Source: Vicugna vicugna (lineage: Eukaryota). Taken from it: a DNA stretch of 64,000 bases. The stretch's first letter is position 1; each line of letters opens with the position of its first letter. Under the pieces are notes generated by a model. It was not told the DNA's origin and searched no databases. It saw only the letters and a list, made by a program, of their open reading frames with translations. Location: assembly GCA_013265495.1 (NCBI GenBank), contig MU057887.1, forward strand, positions 941,985 to 1,005,984. Direction: 5' to 3'. Shown here piece by piece: positions 49,836 through 63,510 of this stretch. A program made the translations under genes and the position numbers.

Positions 49836-51552
49836 TCTGTCTCTATACAGGACTTCCATACTCTCAGGCATAGGTGGGACGGGTGGAAGGGGACAAGAGG
49901 GGCCTTGCCCACAGACACCCTGCTTTTACTCACTTAATGCTTCCCCAGGGTGAGGGGGCCGATGGAGTAGGGGCCTGGAGCCCCCAGCCCGGCTCCAGCA
50001 TGCTAGCGCATGGATTAGAGGTGAAACAGAGGCTTCAGAGAAGACAGTCAGGAGCATAAATAAGCAGGTACAGTTGATAATTCAGAAATGACTTCAAACT
50101 TGTCTCCTTTAGAACCTGAGGATTTTCCCCCTAAAGGTACCAGATACTCCCCTTCTGAGCACCGGTCTTGGACGACACGCTCCTCTGCTGTGTCTCAGGC
50201 CTCTCCAGGCAAGATAAGCCTGGCCATTTCCACACTGCAAGTGCGCAGACTGGAGCTCAGAAAGGCTAGCGGACCCACCCCAGGCCACACAGCCATGTCC
50301 CTGCTACCAGAACCCAGGTGGAAGCAGCCCCGTGGCTCGGGGCACAGCACAAAACACAGCTCAAAACACAGGCTGACATGGTTCCCTTGATCAGAATCCT
50401 CCAGGTCACTTGCTCCTTCGTCCAGGTTTATGGACAGCTTCCAGTGCTGGCTTCTGAGGTCTGACAACCGGTCTTGGCGCCCTGTCCATCCCCCCTGACA
50501 GCCCCACACGTCTGCCCTCTGCCCTCCCTGTGCAGGCCTGGCCCTGCCACCGCCTGGGACCTGCCCACGCTGTTCCTTCTGTCTGGAGGAGAGGGGGCTG
50601 CAGATGCCAGGGCCCGCGGCTGGCCGGCATTAGGGGACATCAGTGTAGGAAAGGGGTAACACAGTATGACTACGTCACTGCTGCTCTGGAGGGCAGAGGA
50701 GGGCGGACCAGGCGGTGTTGCGGGGTAACCGGCAGTTTGGGGGTGAGGACGTGCTAGGGGTGCTCTCCTCAAGCTGTCCCACAGGGCCAGCCCAGCTCTC
50801 ACCCCAGGTGCCCCGGGAGAGGCTGGCAGCGAGGCCCTGCATGTCCCCAAGAACAGGGAAGCCAAGCGGGGAGCTCGTGTTTCTGTCACTGACTTTCTTC
50901 ATGGAAAATTCTGCTGCGGCTCATCCCCCTGCGCTATTCAGGGGCCTCAGGACACAGACAAGATGCCAGGAGGTGTGGGCAAAGCTGAAAGTCTGGAACT
51001 TTCCTCACCACTGGCCTGGGCCAGTCCCACAAAGGGAGCTTGGAGGACGTGGGTTTCAGGTGCTGGAGACAAGCCGCTGCCTCGTTCCCACCTGCAGGGC
51101 TGAGGACCGGACCCTCCCGTCTCAGACCAGAGGCCCAGCAAGGAGAGCTTCATGGCCATGTTGCACGCACCGGGTCTGAGCCGGCATGGTGCGAGGAGGC
51201 AGGTGCCTCTGAGCAATGGGAAGATCTTTCCGCCTGCCAGAGGGGTCCAGTGAATGAGGCTGCCTCTGGGACGAGGGGGTTCCAGTGAGGGTAAGGGGCA
51301 GGTGACCACTGCCAGGCAACAGATGGGCAGAGACATGGCCAAGGGAGCGAGGCCTTTGCTGCAGCATCAGCCGGGTACGAGCCCCCACCGGCAGCCCTGC
51401 GGGAGGGGTTAAGAACCGGAGTGTTGGTGCAGGCCGGCTGAGCTGGGACCCCAGCTCTGCCTTTTCCTGGCTCTGAGGCCTCAGGCAAGTTTCTTAACCT
51501 CTCTGTGCCTCAGTTTCCGCATCTATAAAGTGGGAGGAATAATAGCCATGAT

Positions 51553-51697
51553 GGGGGAGGTTATAGCTCAGTGGTAGAGCATGTGCTTAGTATGCACGAG
51601 GTCCTGGGTTCAATCCCCAGTACCTCCATTAAAATAAGTAACATGCATACATACATACATACACCAAATTACCTACCCTCTGGCCCCACAAAAAAAA
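51553..51697 (+). mobile_element. tRNA-Ala-derived SINE (Vic-1-like) with 15-bp target-site duplication, inserted in a MIR
   Basis: Reads gggggaggttatagctcagtggtagagcatgtgcttagtatgcacgaggtcctgggttcaatccccagtacctcca. Flanked by aataatagccatgat (51538-51552) and aataataaccatgat (51696-51710). MIR core lies at about 51460-51535. Confidence 0.92.
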
Positions 51698-51999
51698 TAA
51701 TAACCATGATGCATCACAGAGCTGCCAGGAGGAATGCATGATTCCAAGTACAGGGCACTTCGTAGCTGGCCTGTGGGGAGAGCTCATCGATGCTGGCCAC
51801 TGGTAACCCTCACGGCCTGAGACTGGAGACCCATCACTGACTCTCATTCACTGGGCCCCTGGGATCCAGCCTCCTTGTGGGGATCAGGGACCAGCTATGT
51901 CCATCTGGGGGACGAGGGCTTCAACAGGCAGTTCTGAAGCCAGTGGGGGTCCCCATCACCACCAGGGGGTTCCTCCCTGGGCCAGCTCTTTCTTCCCTC

Positions 52000-52465
52000 C
52001 GAGCCAGCAATTTCACTCTGGGGTCTATACATCCAGCAGAAGCAAGTGCTTACATTTGCCAAAGGACATGCGTGCGTGTCTCCAGCTCAACCCGAAAACA
52101 AGAACCTCGGTTCCGTCACCAGGAGAATGACAGAAAAACTGTGGTACATTCCCACAGCGGGACGCAAACCGCTTACACACATGACTCTCCTAGACCCTGT
52201 GTTGAGCAAAAGACAGGAAAACATGGATGTTACCACGTAGAAGAAGCTCCAGATCAAGCAGAACTCAGCTGGATAAAAACCAGAATGGAGTTACCCTTGG
52301 GGGGGAGGCGCTGATGGAGAGAGGGCACCAGGGAGCCTGCTGGGTCCCAGAATGTTCCCTCTCCCTAGCTGGGTAGTCGTGACATGGGTGCCCACGTATG
52401 TAAAAATGCGTCAGTGCCCACTTGAGATTCCTGCGCGTGATGCAAGTTATTCCTCAACAAAACGT
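52000..52465 (+). mobile_element. Highly decayed old L1 (L1ME-like) 3' fragment
   Basis: Contains ccagcaatttcactctggggtctatac, aaactgtggtacatt, tgttgagcaaaag and tgcaagttattcctcaacaaaa. Confidence 0.55.
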
Positions 52466-55400
52466 GAACTGTTTCAATACAGAACTTTACAGGGCTGGCA
52501 GGACAAGGCAAGAATGAAAACTCCAAGCTTCCATATAAAAAATAAAATAAAGAAAGCATACTGAAGAAATGCAACGTGAACACTAAAAATCACTCCTGTG
52601 TGCTCTGTGTGTCCGGCCTCGAGGGGTGCTGACCCCTTCTGCAGCATGGGTGGGTGGGGTCCGCTGTGGATGCGGAAGGCAGGGGAAGGGGGGCGCCCCC
52701 TGCAGGCAGAACTGGGCTGGGCCACGGCACAGCCTGGATCTGCTGAGAGCTGTCCCCTGCCTGTCTGCCGCCCTCCACCCCTGGGTGGACTCTGTCCACA
52801 GATGTTGGCAGCCCAGCCAGAGGACCAGAACTTGGTCCTCTGGGAATGCCATATGGCAGAGACAGGCTGCCTCGGCAGCTCCCAGGCAGTGAGGGGGGTG
52901 CGCACAGGAGACCCTGAGGACTGTAGGGGTGGAGGGAGCCCTTCATGGGTGGGACTGTGCCAGGCAGTGCCATCCTGGTCTTAGCCTGCCCCCAGCCCAG
53001 CACTTGAGCCAGTGGGCAAAACTGCCCACCTGCTCGCTGTCCTCTGTCCAGAGGAGCTGGGCCCCCCGGTGGGGCCAGGCCCCATCAGGTGGCCTCCTCC
53101 CAGTTGGGCCTGAGCCTGGGAGGGGTCAGAGCTATGTCCTGTGGCCACTCTAGCTAGGACTCCTGTCTAGGCCAAGCCCCACTCCTGCTGAGACCCAGGC
53201 TGGGGGCTCCTGGGGCAGCCTCCCCCTCCCAGCACCCGTGGGGAACATCTGGGGCATCCGAGAGTCAGGGACCCTGAGGTCCTGAGACGGTCCATTGGAG
53301 GAACTATGCTCAGGATTAGAGCCATCCTGTCCTCCTCTGTCTCTGCGTGGGACACCCTGCTTTGTTCAGGAGCTACCCCCCCCCGCCAAAGCCTGCCCCT
53401 ACAGCTATGAGTCTAACCTAAATCCCTCATGCTGTTAAACTCAAGGCAGAGTGGGCACCTACTGTATGCTAGATCCTGGGCTCAGGGGCCCCGTCAGTGG
53501 GAAGGCAGATGTTACAACAATACTTATTATTATTGTTGTTATTCCTTAGAATAAGAACTGAAAAGGTCCAAAAGGTCCAGCTACATGCCAAGCAGCTCAT
53601 GGAGGGAGGGAGCAGAGACCAGGACCCGCACCTTCTGGACCCAGACTGGTCGGTGCCCTGGCCTGGCCCGGCTGACCCTCAGTGGTCACCATGGAACAGC
53701 CAGACAAGTGACAGACGGACAGGTGAGCCAGTGGGACACATGGAGACATGGCTCCGACACAACTGCTGGGGCCTCCCAGGGGCGGTGACCCCAGCTCATG
53801 CAGGACATCCTCCGTGGGGCCACACGTGCACCCCATTTGCTCTTAGACTGGTACAGGCCAATAAAAATCAGCTTTCATTCACACTATAATATTGCTGAGA
53901 AAATGCCAGCTTCTTGCGAGAGCCTAGCACTTCAGGTCCCAGGGGGCAGGCAAGGCGCCAGGATTACGGGGGTGTAGCTACCCAGAGTGCCCTCAAGAGG
54001 GTTTTGATCCACAGGCACCACCAGTGACAGGACAAACTGTGTCTTTCTGCTTAGAACGCCAGAGAGAAATGGCGTCATTGCCAGCCCAAGTCCACGTGGC
54101 GGAACAGACTCTTAGACCCAGAGGAAGCCTCGAGCCATCTGATCTGTCCACGGAGCCTTGAAGTATAGCCACGGATGCGGCCGCGGGAGCCAGCACCTCC
54201 ACCTCAGCATATCCTCTCTCCTACGAATTCCCCAGCAACCCGCCCCACAAACCACAGCCGGGGACAGAGATGCCCAGCAGAGGGTGCACGGCCCTCCCTG
54301 GCAGGGACCACAGCCTTGCTCCCCAGCCTGGCCCCGAGCTCCCTCTCACTGGACCGAGCACCAGCTCTCATGCAGCCCACCCCACCCCCGGGGCTGGGCT
54401 GGAGCAGCCCCTGCCCCTAACCAACCGCAGAATCCTGGAAACGTTCCTGAGGCTAGGACCAGGGCAGCACTCCATGGGGGAGACTAGGATTCAAGTACTT
54501 TCCGGAACCCAGGCCTTGTGACCCAGCCCGCTGGGCCTCAACACCCCAGACCCCTCCCAGAGCCGCAGGGGCCAGGAGAGGGTCACTGGGGGACACCTGA
54601 CCCCTGCCTTCCTCCGGGGGCAGAAGCTTGCACCACCCTTGGGAAGGTGAGCAGTGATGAGAGAGGACTTCCCCAGAGGCAGCCCACCCTGACCCCTGCC
54701 TCTGGGGCCGCCCCCACCCCCAGCCTGCACCTTGGCCCCGCCCAACACCAGCAGGGTGTGGCCTCGCCGCCTGAGTCAGGTCTGCCAGCCTACCCTGGGC
54801 TGCTCCTCATTGGTCCTGGGTTGGTGCCAGTCATGAGGCTGGCCCCAGGCACGCCCCTTATTACTCACTCTGACCCTCCCTACATCACTCACTCTGTGTT
54901 CTCTCCAGGTCCTCCTCCCAAGCCTGCTGGTCTCCCCAGGGCAGAGACCCTCCTCAGGGAGGCCTTCCCACCCACTGGCCCCCCAGGGAGCCGGGACTCT
55001 GTGCTTGGGCTACTCAGGCTTTTCCTGATGCCATCTGGGGCCGGGTCTGTCCACCACCACCAGCCGTAGGCTCCCCAGAGTTGGGGTCCCCAACATTGCC
55101 CAGTAGCCAGAGGGCCCTGAGCCGGCCTTGGACATAGCCTCCCACCCCAGCCCCAGCTCCCTGGGAGGTGGGGACAGGCGGCTGAACTGGGCCAGATCTC
55201 CAGCCTCCCTCCAGGCCGCCATCCATGGCTTGGCCCCGGCTGCCCAGCTGCCCAGAGCTCCTCCAGCCCACGCTCCTGGCCCCGGGCGCTTCGCAGTTCT
55301 TCCTTCTCGGGCATCCTCGGGCAAAATATTTGAAGAATGTTCTAATTATCTGTGATCAGCCAGGGAGGCAAGCCTGGTTCCACTTGTCCAGGAAGTAACT

Positions 55401-58074
55401 CGACAAATACCTGGGAGGCAGCACCTGGCCCCCACGCCCACCCAAGGCTCTGTCCCTGCCAGTCTCTCCCTCCGGTGGGCAGGAGTTGGCCCAGAACTTT
55501 CCAGCCACAGACGGGCCAGAGGAGGCTCTTCGGCTCTGAAGCCCCACAGGGTCCCGGGGGGCAGGGTAGGGGCAGGGGTTAACGGGGGCCCCAGTGCTCC
55601 TGCCTGTCAGATGGGGCTGAGAACGTCCTCCAGGTCTGGGGCCACTGCAGACCCCTGGGGCGATCGCAGGGCCAGGGCTTGGGGCCCCACAGCCGCCTCC
55701 TGTCAGACAGATCAGGACAGAATGGAACAGAAGGGCTGATGCAGCCGACGTAGGGCCTCCTGGCACACAGGCCACCTGTCCCTGCTCTGCTTTCTTGAAT
55801 CTGCTCATCTTCTTCCCCTGCTGGGGTTCCAGGCCAGCATGGGGGCGGGGAGTGTGAGGCTTGGGGACATCCCCAGACTCAGGAAGGCCACTCCAAGGCT
55901 GTTCTGAGACTCAGTTTTCTCATCTGAAAATAGGACACAATCAGCCCTCGGTTGGCCAATGGCCAGGAGGTACCTGACCCTCATGGGACAATGGGGTGGG
56001 GGGGTGCAGAGGGCAGGCCTGATTGCACCCTGCCCTGGCCGTCTGAACTGTCCCTCCCCTGCCCAGTCACAGGGCCCGCACTTGAGGGGGACAACAAGCC
56101 AAAAAGACCACCCTTCCTAGCCGCATCCCCGACCCTGTCCCACCTCATCTCCATGGGGCCTCTTCAGGATGGGCCTTTCCAGCCCCCTTTACAGATGAGA
56201 AAACTGGGGCTTTGAGCAGAGATCCAAAAGGGAGCTTCGTGGCAGTAGGCAGGGAGGAGGGTGTCCCAAGTGGCCTGGAGAAAGGCCTGGAGGCAGGAAG
56301 GGGCCCAGCTGGGAAGTGAGGCCAACTCGCAGGCCCTCCTCCTGCCCCGCCAGGGCCTCAGTTTCCCATCTCCACAGCGAGGGGCGGAGGAGACAATCTA
56401 GGTACCTGGAGCTGTATCCTAAAGAGGGTCTCTGGGTTTGGGGTCCTGTGTTCGGGTTCCACTCAGCCGCTGACTCCCCCTGGCTTCAGGAGCCTCAGTT
56501 TGCCCATCTATCAGATGCACCCTGCTGGTGAGTGGCGGCTCCTGCGGGCTGGCTCCCCACACTGCGGTCCCTCCCGCTGCAATCTTTCCAGGCCACTGCT
56601 CTGCTCTGCTCGCCCCGCAGTGTTCCCAGGAAGAGAGCGGAGAGTCAGCCTGCTCCCTGGGCCCGGGGCGGGCGGCTGCCCGCCCGCCAGCCCTCCCCAC
56701 ATAGCTGGCATTCCTGGCCTGGCATCCCAGGACCCCACCCTGAAGAGAAACCGGGCAGCCTGGGAGAAAGCAGTGGTGGGCAGGGGGTTTGGGCAGGGCT
56801 GAGGCCACGCAAGGTGGATGAGCACTGGAGCAGGGAGCTCATGGCTGAGGGAGCACAGGGGGCCGGGGGATCCATCCAGCCCCCACCTCTGCCAAATCTG
56901 TGAAATTGGAACCTCACCCAGTCATTGCGACCCTCAAACCTCAGGACATTGACCTCTGACCCTCAGAAACTTCCAGACCTCTGCTGGGCATTTAGGGTCC
57001 ATCATCTTACTCCTGGGTTCTGGCCACACTGGACCAGCAATTCCCCCTCCAGGGGCACACTGCCCCACCCCCAGGAGCCAGGCAAGATTCAAGGCCCAGC
57101 TTGGTGCCCCCTCCTCCAAGAAGCCCACCCAAGTCTCTCCTCTTTTTCCCCTCCTCCCACTCAGCATGGTCACGTCTATGCCAGGCTTCTGAGGCGGCTT
57201 TTAGGAGCTGAGACTGAGCAACACCTGTTTGGCCAGGCCACGACCACACTTTTGCTTCTTCTGCTGCACCCTGGCCTTCCCTAGGCCTCACCCCTGACTT
57301 TTCTCCTCGCTCCCCACAGTACAGGTGGGGACACCAATGCCCAGAAGGGCCATGGCACCTACAGCCACATGGTGAGCTGAGGTCCAAGCAAGGAGCAGAC
57401 CCCCAGCCCCAGCCTTGGCCTCCGCCCCAAAGCCCCAGATCTGTTGGAATATGGGGGCGTCTTGCAGGCTTGTATGACCAGGATGCCAGTCTGAAACCTC
57501 AGGACAGACGGATGGACAGACAGACGGATGGAGCAGGTAGGAGGAAGCTGGCAGGCCCTGCTGGCCCGTGGCCAGGCTGGGAGTCCGGGCGCCTAGTGGC
57601 TTGGCCAGTGCCTCGGCCTTCCTGGCCACTCGACATGGTGTGAGCCTTGGGGGCCAAGCCCCTGTGGACAGTGGACACTGAGCCACCAGCTCTGTGGAAA
57701 CTGCAGAGCCAAGCTCCTGGCCCCAGCCCTGAGCCGCAGGCGTACATGCTGGAGGGTCCCTCTTCAGGAACAGACGAGGGCAGCGGCCTGCTTCCGCCAC
57801 TCAGCACCTCAGAGCGAAGTGTGAGCTGGAGCAGAGCCCAGCCCTGCGCAGGCTCTCCCCAGTTCTACGGCCCCACCCTCTGCTCTCACCGAAGCGGGGG
57901 ACCCCCCTGGGCCAGATCCCCTGGGCGCAGTGCCCTCACCACCCACCTCCTTTTTTAAGCGTCCCACTGCTCTGGGCTGCTCCCTCCAAGAATTCCTGGG
58001 CCACCAGGACTTCCCAAACCAACTGCCTCAGCTTGGACAGGGTGTTCACTCTCCCCAGGAGCAACCCACTCCAT

Positions 58075-58102
58075 CCCCCCCCCCCCCCCCCCCCCCCCCC
58101 CC
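58075..58102. repeat. Poly-C tract (28 nt)
   Basis: Directly visible homopolymer, followed by further short C runs. Confidence 0.95.
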
Positions 58103-61100
58103 TAGCCCCCCTCCCCCGCCCCCTCTCAAGTGCCAGCCTCCCCAACCACCCTTGCTTTCCGAGGACAGCCCCCCCGTTAAAGGACAGGAGCAGTGCCTTG
58201 TCCACAGCCAGACAGCCACCTGGCAGGGACGCGCTGCCAGAGCCAAGAGCAGGCCCGGGCTCTGAGGCTTTTCTCCCACTTCTGGCTCTGCCCCAGGCTG
58301 GTCAGTTTCCTCACTCTTCCACTGCCCACTGCCGTCCTCCCACCTCCCCCTCTTCCTCCCTGCAGGAGTCTCCACCACAGAAGGCAGGCCAGGGGGCAGC
58401 TCTAGGCTCACACTCAGACTTGACTGCAATCCCCTGGTCTCTGGGATTGGCTGGGAAAGCAGCCTGCGGTGGCCCGGGGGTCAGCTAGAGCCTCCCCTCC
58501 AAAGCGCACTTCTCGGGATGGAAGCTAGACATCGAGGAGGACTTCCCCAAGCGATGGCGTCATCAGACTCATACCCTGCCTTGCTGCAGGAAATAAAGGA
58601 GCTGGGCTGGCTTGGGGAGGCAGGTGCCCACCCCCTACATAGTACCCCGAGCTGCGGCCTGGAGTGATGTCCTGCCTGACTGCACAGCCAGCCAGGCGGG
58701 TTCTGAGACAGAGAACAGGTGGGAGGCCCTGGGCAGCGCTCAGCCCTGAGCCAAGCACCCCTCCCCAGACACTGACCAACACAGCCCTGATCTAGCATGT
58801 CCAGGCCGGTGTCCCTGGGGTTCCCCCTGCCCTGGGTGATGAACCCAGAGTCCTTGTGTGCTCTGAACTAGTGGGAACAGGATGCGTGACCAGAGTCCAA
58901 GGCTGCCAGTTCCCTGTCCAGTGCACCACGACACTAGGCTGCACCGCCAGCCCAGGGCTCCCCATGCACACTTGGCCGCCTGGCTTCCTAGCCTATTTCA
59001 TGGACCTGAGGCTCAGCAGGCTCACCCTGGGACCCTGGGCATGCTACACACCATGCTCCACCCTGGGGCAGGGCCACCATGAAGGGTGACAATCCTGTCA
59101 GGGAAGTGCCAGGGGCGTGGTCCATGGGGGCGGCCAAGCCAGCACTTCAGCCCACTGCAGGGCCCAATCTGAGGCACGGAGGACACAGGACTGGCCCGGG
59201 AAGATGGGTGACAGATCTAGTTGCTTCTGGAGGGGGCGTGTCAGAAGCACCTGGAAACTCCCAGCACTCCCAGCCAGTCACCCTGGAAAGACTAGGGAGC
59301 CGGGAGAGACTGGCAGTCATCCAGCCCCTCAGACCACCCCCTGTGCCCACCTGCACCAACACATCTGGGGCCTGACGGCCTCTGCCACCACTGGGCGGTG
59401 GGCCCTGGCCAAGTCAGTGGGCCTCGCTGGGCCCCAGACACACGAGCAGCCGTCTGACCATCCGACATGCTTTGCTGGGAAGCAACTGAGAGCAGAGGGC
59501 TATGCTGGATGCGGGGCTGGAGGAGTGCAGGGGGGCAGCGGTCAATCCCACAACCACAGGCCTGGCCTCTTGGAGCTTGGGTGCTGACAGGGCTCCCCTC
59601 CCACACTCTGCCTCCCATCATTCTTGCAGATCCTGCCTTGGGAAGTCCGTCCCCTGCCCTCTGCACCCCCTCCATCTGAGGCCAGCAGGACCAGCCTCCT
59701 CCCCTCATCCCATTGTCCTCCCTGCACCCAGGGTCTTGCCTTAGCTCTGGATGGAGCTGCTCATCCCTGCCCTGCTCGACCCGCCCCCAGGGCTCCCCAG
59801 ACCTGGGGCAGCTGCCGCCACCACCACTCCGACCTCACCTCCCACTGCCCCGCCCAACTCTAACCAGCTCTACCCACTCCCAGTTCCCCCAGCCCCCACT
59901 CCATCCTCCCCGTCATCCCTCTGCCAGGAATGCCTTCCCTCCAGCACATTCTTTACGACCCAGGTCAGAGGTCACCTTCTGAGGGAGGACTTCCCTGGTC
60001 CACCTTCACTGCAGATGGATTAGGGTTCCTGCCATAGGTACCACGGGGCTTTGCATAAAAATGAGAAAGGAAAGAAGTTTACCAATTACACCTGCGCACA
60101 CGACTGGCCTTGTTCACCTCGCACAAGGGCTGCAGGGGATGCGAGCTCAGGCTGCTGCGGACAGCGCAGGGGAGAGAAGGAGGGCCCCTGAGCCTCTAGG
60201 CTCATCACCCAGATGGAGAAACTGAGGTCCAGAGAAGGCGAGGATTGCTCACAAGGTTGCCTCAAATCCATGGCATATGGCACCATACTCATGCTGACCT
60301 GACAGAGGTCACAATCTGCCCAGCTGGGGCCACCTCCTCTCTGCTCCAGCTGGTCTCAGAGGAGACAGGTCAGGGCCCAGGGCAGGGAGGGACCTGTGGC
60401 AGAAATCTGAGGGCCTCTTGGTATGCCCCACACCCACTGGGAAATTTGCCTCTCTGGCCCCAAATCTAAATGTGGAGGCAGCCCCTGAGCTTGAGAAAGC
60501 CCTTACTTGGAGCCTCATGACTCCTGGTCAACACAAGTCTAACCAGCTGGGTTAGCTGGTTTCTCCATCCCTGTGAGGTTACAGGCAGCGAATTCAAGGG
60601 TGTTGGAGTTGGCTGGAGGGAGGAATGGGCGTCAGCAGGACGGCCTGAGAGGCAGCAGGGATGGAAGAGTCAGGCAGACCCAGGTTCGGGTCTGGGCTCA
60701 GCCCCCTTGAGCGTGCCCTGGAGAGTTATCCGGTGCCCTGGCCCTCATGCTTCTCGCTTCCCCACCTCCCAAGTGGGTGGCCTTAGCTTAGCTCCTCTTT
60801 GCTGGCAGCCCAGGGGGAAGGAGATTCAAAGCTGACCCCAGATGTAGGCACATAACCACCCCACAAGAGAAACCCTTTCCAGGAGGACCTGGTCCCACAG
60901 ATGCGGAAGGCAAAGTCCCCAGTCAGGATCCCAGGGGGCAGGCGGTACTTTCTGGAAGAATCACCATCTGAAAGGGTCTCACCTGCTTTGTGACTTGGGA
61001 CAGTGAGGGCCGGACCCCTCAGCACCCTGGCAGCACAGCCGCGTGCCACCCAGAGGGTGAGCCCAGACGCCGGCCACCCTTTCCCGAGGCTCCTGCCCTC

Positions 61101-63319
61101 CAGGGGCCTGGCTGCTTCACAGCTCCAGCTGGGCCCAGCAGCAGGACTTTCCTGCACAAGGAATACCTCTGGTCTGGGAGGCACGTGGAGAAGCATTGGT
61201 AGCAGGGATGGCCATGCGGGTGGTTTGGGAAAGCGATGGAGGCCCACAGGGGTTACTGGGAAGGGATTGCCAGGGGCTCATGACTTGGCCTCATCCAGAC
61301 CACAGCTGATGCCAGGGAGCTGCTTGCTAGGCAGGGTGGTGTCCCCCTCCATCCTGGGTCCCTCTCCGGGCAGCTAGCAGGTTTTAGGGTCTGCGGAGAG
61401 TGACTACTTGGAGGCTGCAGAATTTCAGTGTCTTCCATTCACAGACAGCCCTTCTGGCATCCCCAGTGCCTCAGAGGCCACCTGCTCCAGCCCGAGGCTA
61501 GGAGAGGCATCAGTGGGCAGGGTTCCAAGCCCTGCTCTGTCTGTGCTCAGCTGCTGAGGCTGTGAGATGACCCGCTCAGGACCTCAGCATCCTCATCCAT
61601 GGAGCAGGCCAACCACACCACAAGGCTGCCTTGCACCGAGGACCACGAGTGCTGGCTTCCTTCTAGGTGAGGCTTTTCCCCATCATCTCTGGCCTTCACC
61701 CCTGCTTCTGTTTGTATGCCTCCAGGGCCGGAGAGCTCACTGCCTCCCTGCCAACAGCAGGGCTGGCCCAGGCCTCGGGTTCCCTACTCAGAGGGACAGG
61801 ATGCCCTGGGTGGGAGGCAGGATGGGGAGGGGGCCTAGGCCAGTGGAACAGCTCTGTGATGGAGACAGGGAAGATGGAGAAAGGGATGAGGGAGCGCACC
61901 TGTGCCCACCCCCACCCCGCCGACCAGCCAGAGGGGAGGCCCCAGCCCTGAGCCAGAGAAGGAGGACAAATGGTGGTTTTGTCCTTGGCCAGCGGGCGGC
62001 CCGAGCCACACAATGACCCTTTCATCAGGCTCAGGGAGCCCTGGGCCGGGGTTTCATCTGACAAGGGAGGGCGCCCGGCCTCCTGTCCTCTTGCTGGGGG
62101 AGGGGGGTGAGCCCTATCTGAGCCGGACCCCAGGCCACACAAAATGGAGGTTTCAGAGGAGCCAGCTGAAGCCCCTCCATCTGCCCCAGGAGGAGAGAAG
62201 CCCCAAGAGGTTAGAGGATTGGCCGCAGGCTGCACAGAGGGGCCGGGTTCTGGGTACCCCCAGCCCTGAGCTGACAGAGGGTCTGCGTCTCCCCAGTCAA
62301 GACCTCCATCCCACCTCATCCCCTCTCCTGCCTCGACCCTCAGGGTCTACCCAGGGCAGTCGGATGACAGCATTGGTCCAGATCCCCAGCAGGGGTCTGG
62401 GCTTCCCACAGGCTGAGCAACCCTGGCCCCTGATCCCCTAGGCTGGCACAGAGTTCTGGGGGACACAGTGGGGTGGGGGAGAGGCAGGCAGAGTGAACTT
62501 CTAGCCCTGTATCCACAGTGTCCACCAGAGAAGCCAAAGAAGTAAGTGCAGTCAGGGCCTCAAAACTCACCTCCCTTCGTGGCGACCTCCCCTGTCCAGA
62601 GCCCCTCCAGCAGCTGCCTGTACCGGCCCCAAGGCCCCAGGGCCCCGGGGTGCCTCTCCCTATCAGGCCACCACAGGCAGTGGAGGTGGTCCCAGAGCCA
62701 GGAGAGCTGCTACCCTGGGCTCTGGGTGACCTGAGGAGATGGCCTCTCCACTGGACCCCAGCATTCTTGTCTGCCTGCCTCAGCAAGATGCTGTGAACTT
62801 CGCTGGGTGAATGTGTTTGATGGTGAGTATCGTTCCTTCTTCGGTGAGTCTCTCTCTCATGCCCCTGTTGAGTCTGGGCATCTCCTACCCATCCTTCAAA
62901 ACCCTGTTTAGGTCTCACCTCCTCTGGGAAGCCCTTCAAGATACCCTAGAGAGTTCATCATTCTCTCCTGAACAAGCACAGCCACAGGACCTCCCTCCGT
63001 CCCTGGTGGCCAGCCTCCCTGTTCCTAATAGCTGACAGTGACCCCACCTTCTGAGCGCTTCCTGTATGTGAAGCACCCGCTGGGCCCACCTCAGCACCTA
63101 CTTGTTGAATTCTCACACCCCCGCCACCCAGAAGGCTCATGTTCCCATGGCCCCCACCCTACAGAGGACATAGCCAAGGTTACAGGATGCACCGAGGCAG
63201 TAAAAGGAGGACAGGGACATGAACCTAGGATCTGGGTCACCATCAGGCCCCTTGCTTGGCCTCACAAGGACGGAGGGGAAACCTGGTTGGGAAACTGGCC
63301 CTCCTCCTGCGGGCCTCAG

Positions 63320-63510
63320 TGTATAGCTGCAGACAGAGAACGAGATTCAATTTCCTGTAATAAGCTACAATGGAAAAGAATCTGAAAACATGTGCACGTA
63401 TATATATATATATATATACATGTATACATATAACCGAACAGCTTTGCCATGCGCCTGAAACTAACATTGTAAAGCAACTACACTTCAATAAAATATAAGA
63501 TAAAAAATGT
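63320..63510 (+). mobile_element. Short L1 3' end (cetartiodactyl-type) with internal (TA)n
   Basis: Contains aatggaaaagaatctgaaaa, (ta)n and ataaccgaacagctttgc...cctgaaactaacattgtaaagcaactacacttcaataaaa. Confidence 0.75.

Noticed and set aside
51553..51628. Possible tRNA-Ala gene (likewise the copies at 3942-4262)
   Set aside because: It has an A-rich tail, a target-site duplication and a mutated anticodon region, which mark it as a SINE rather than a functional tRNA.
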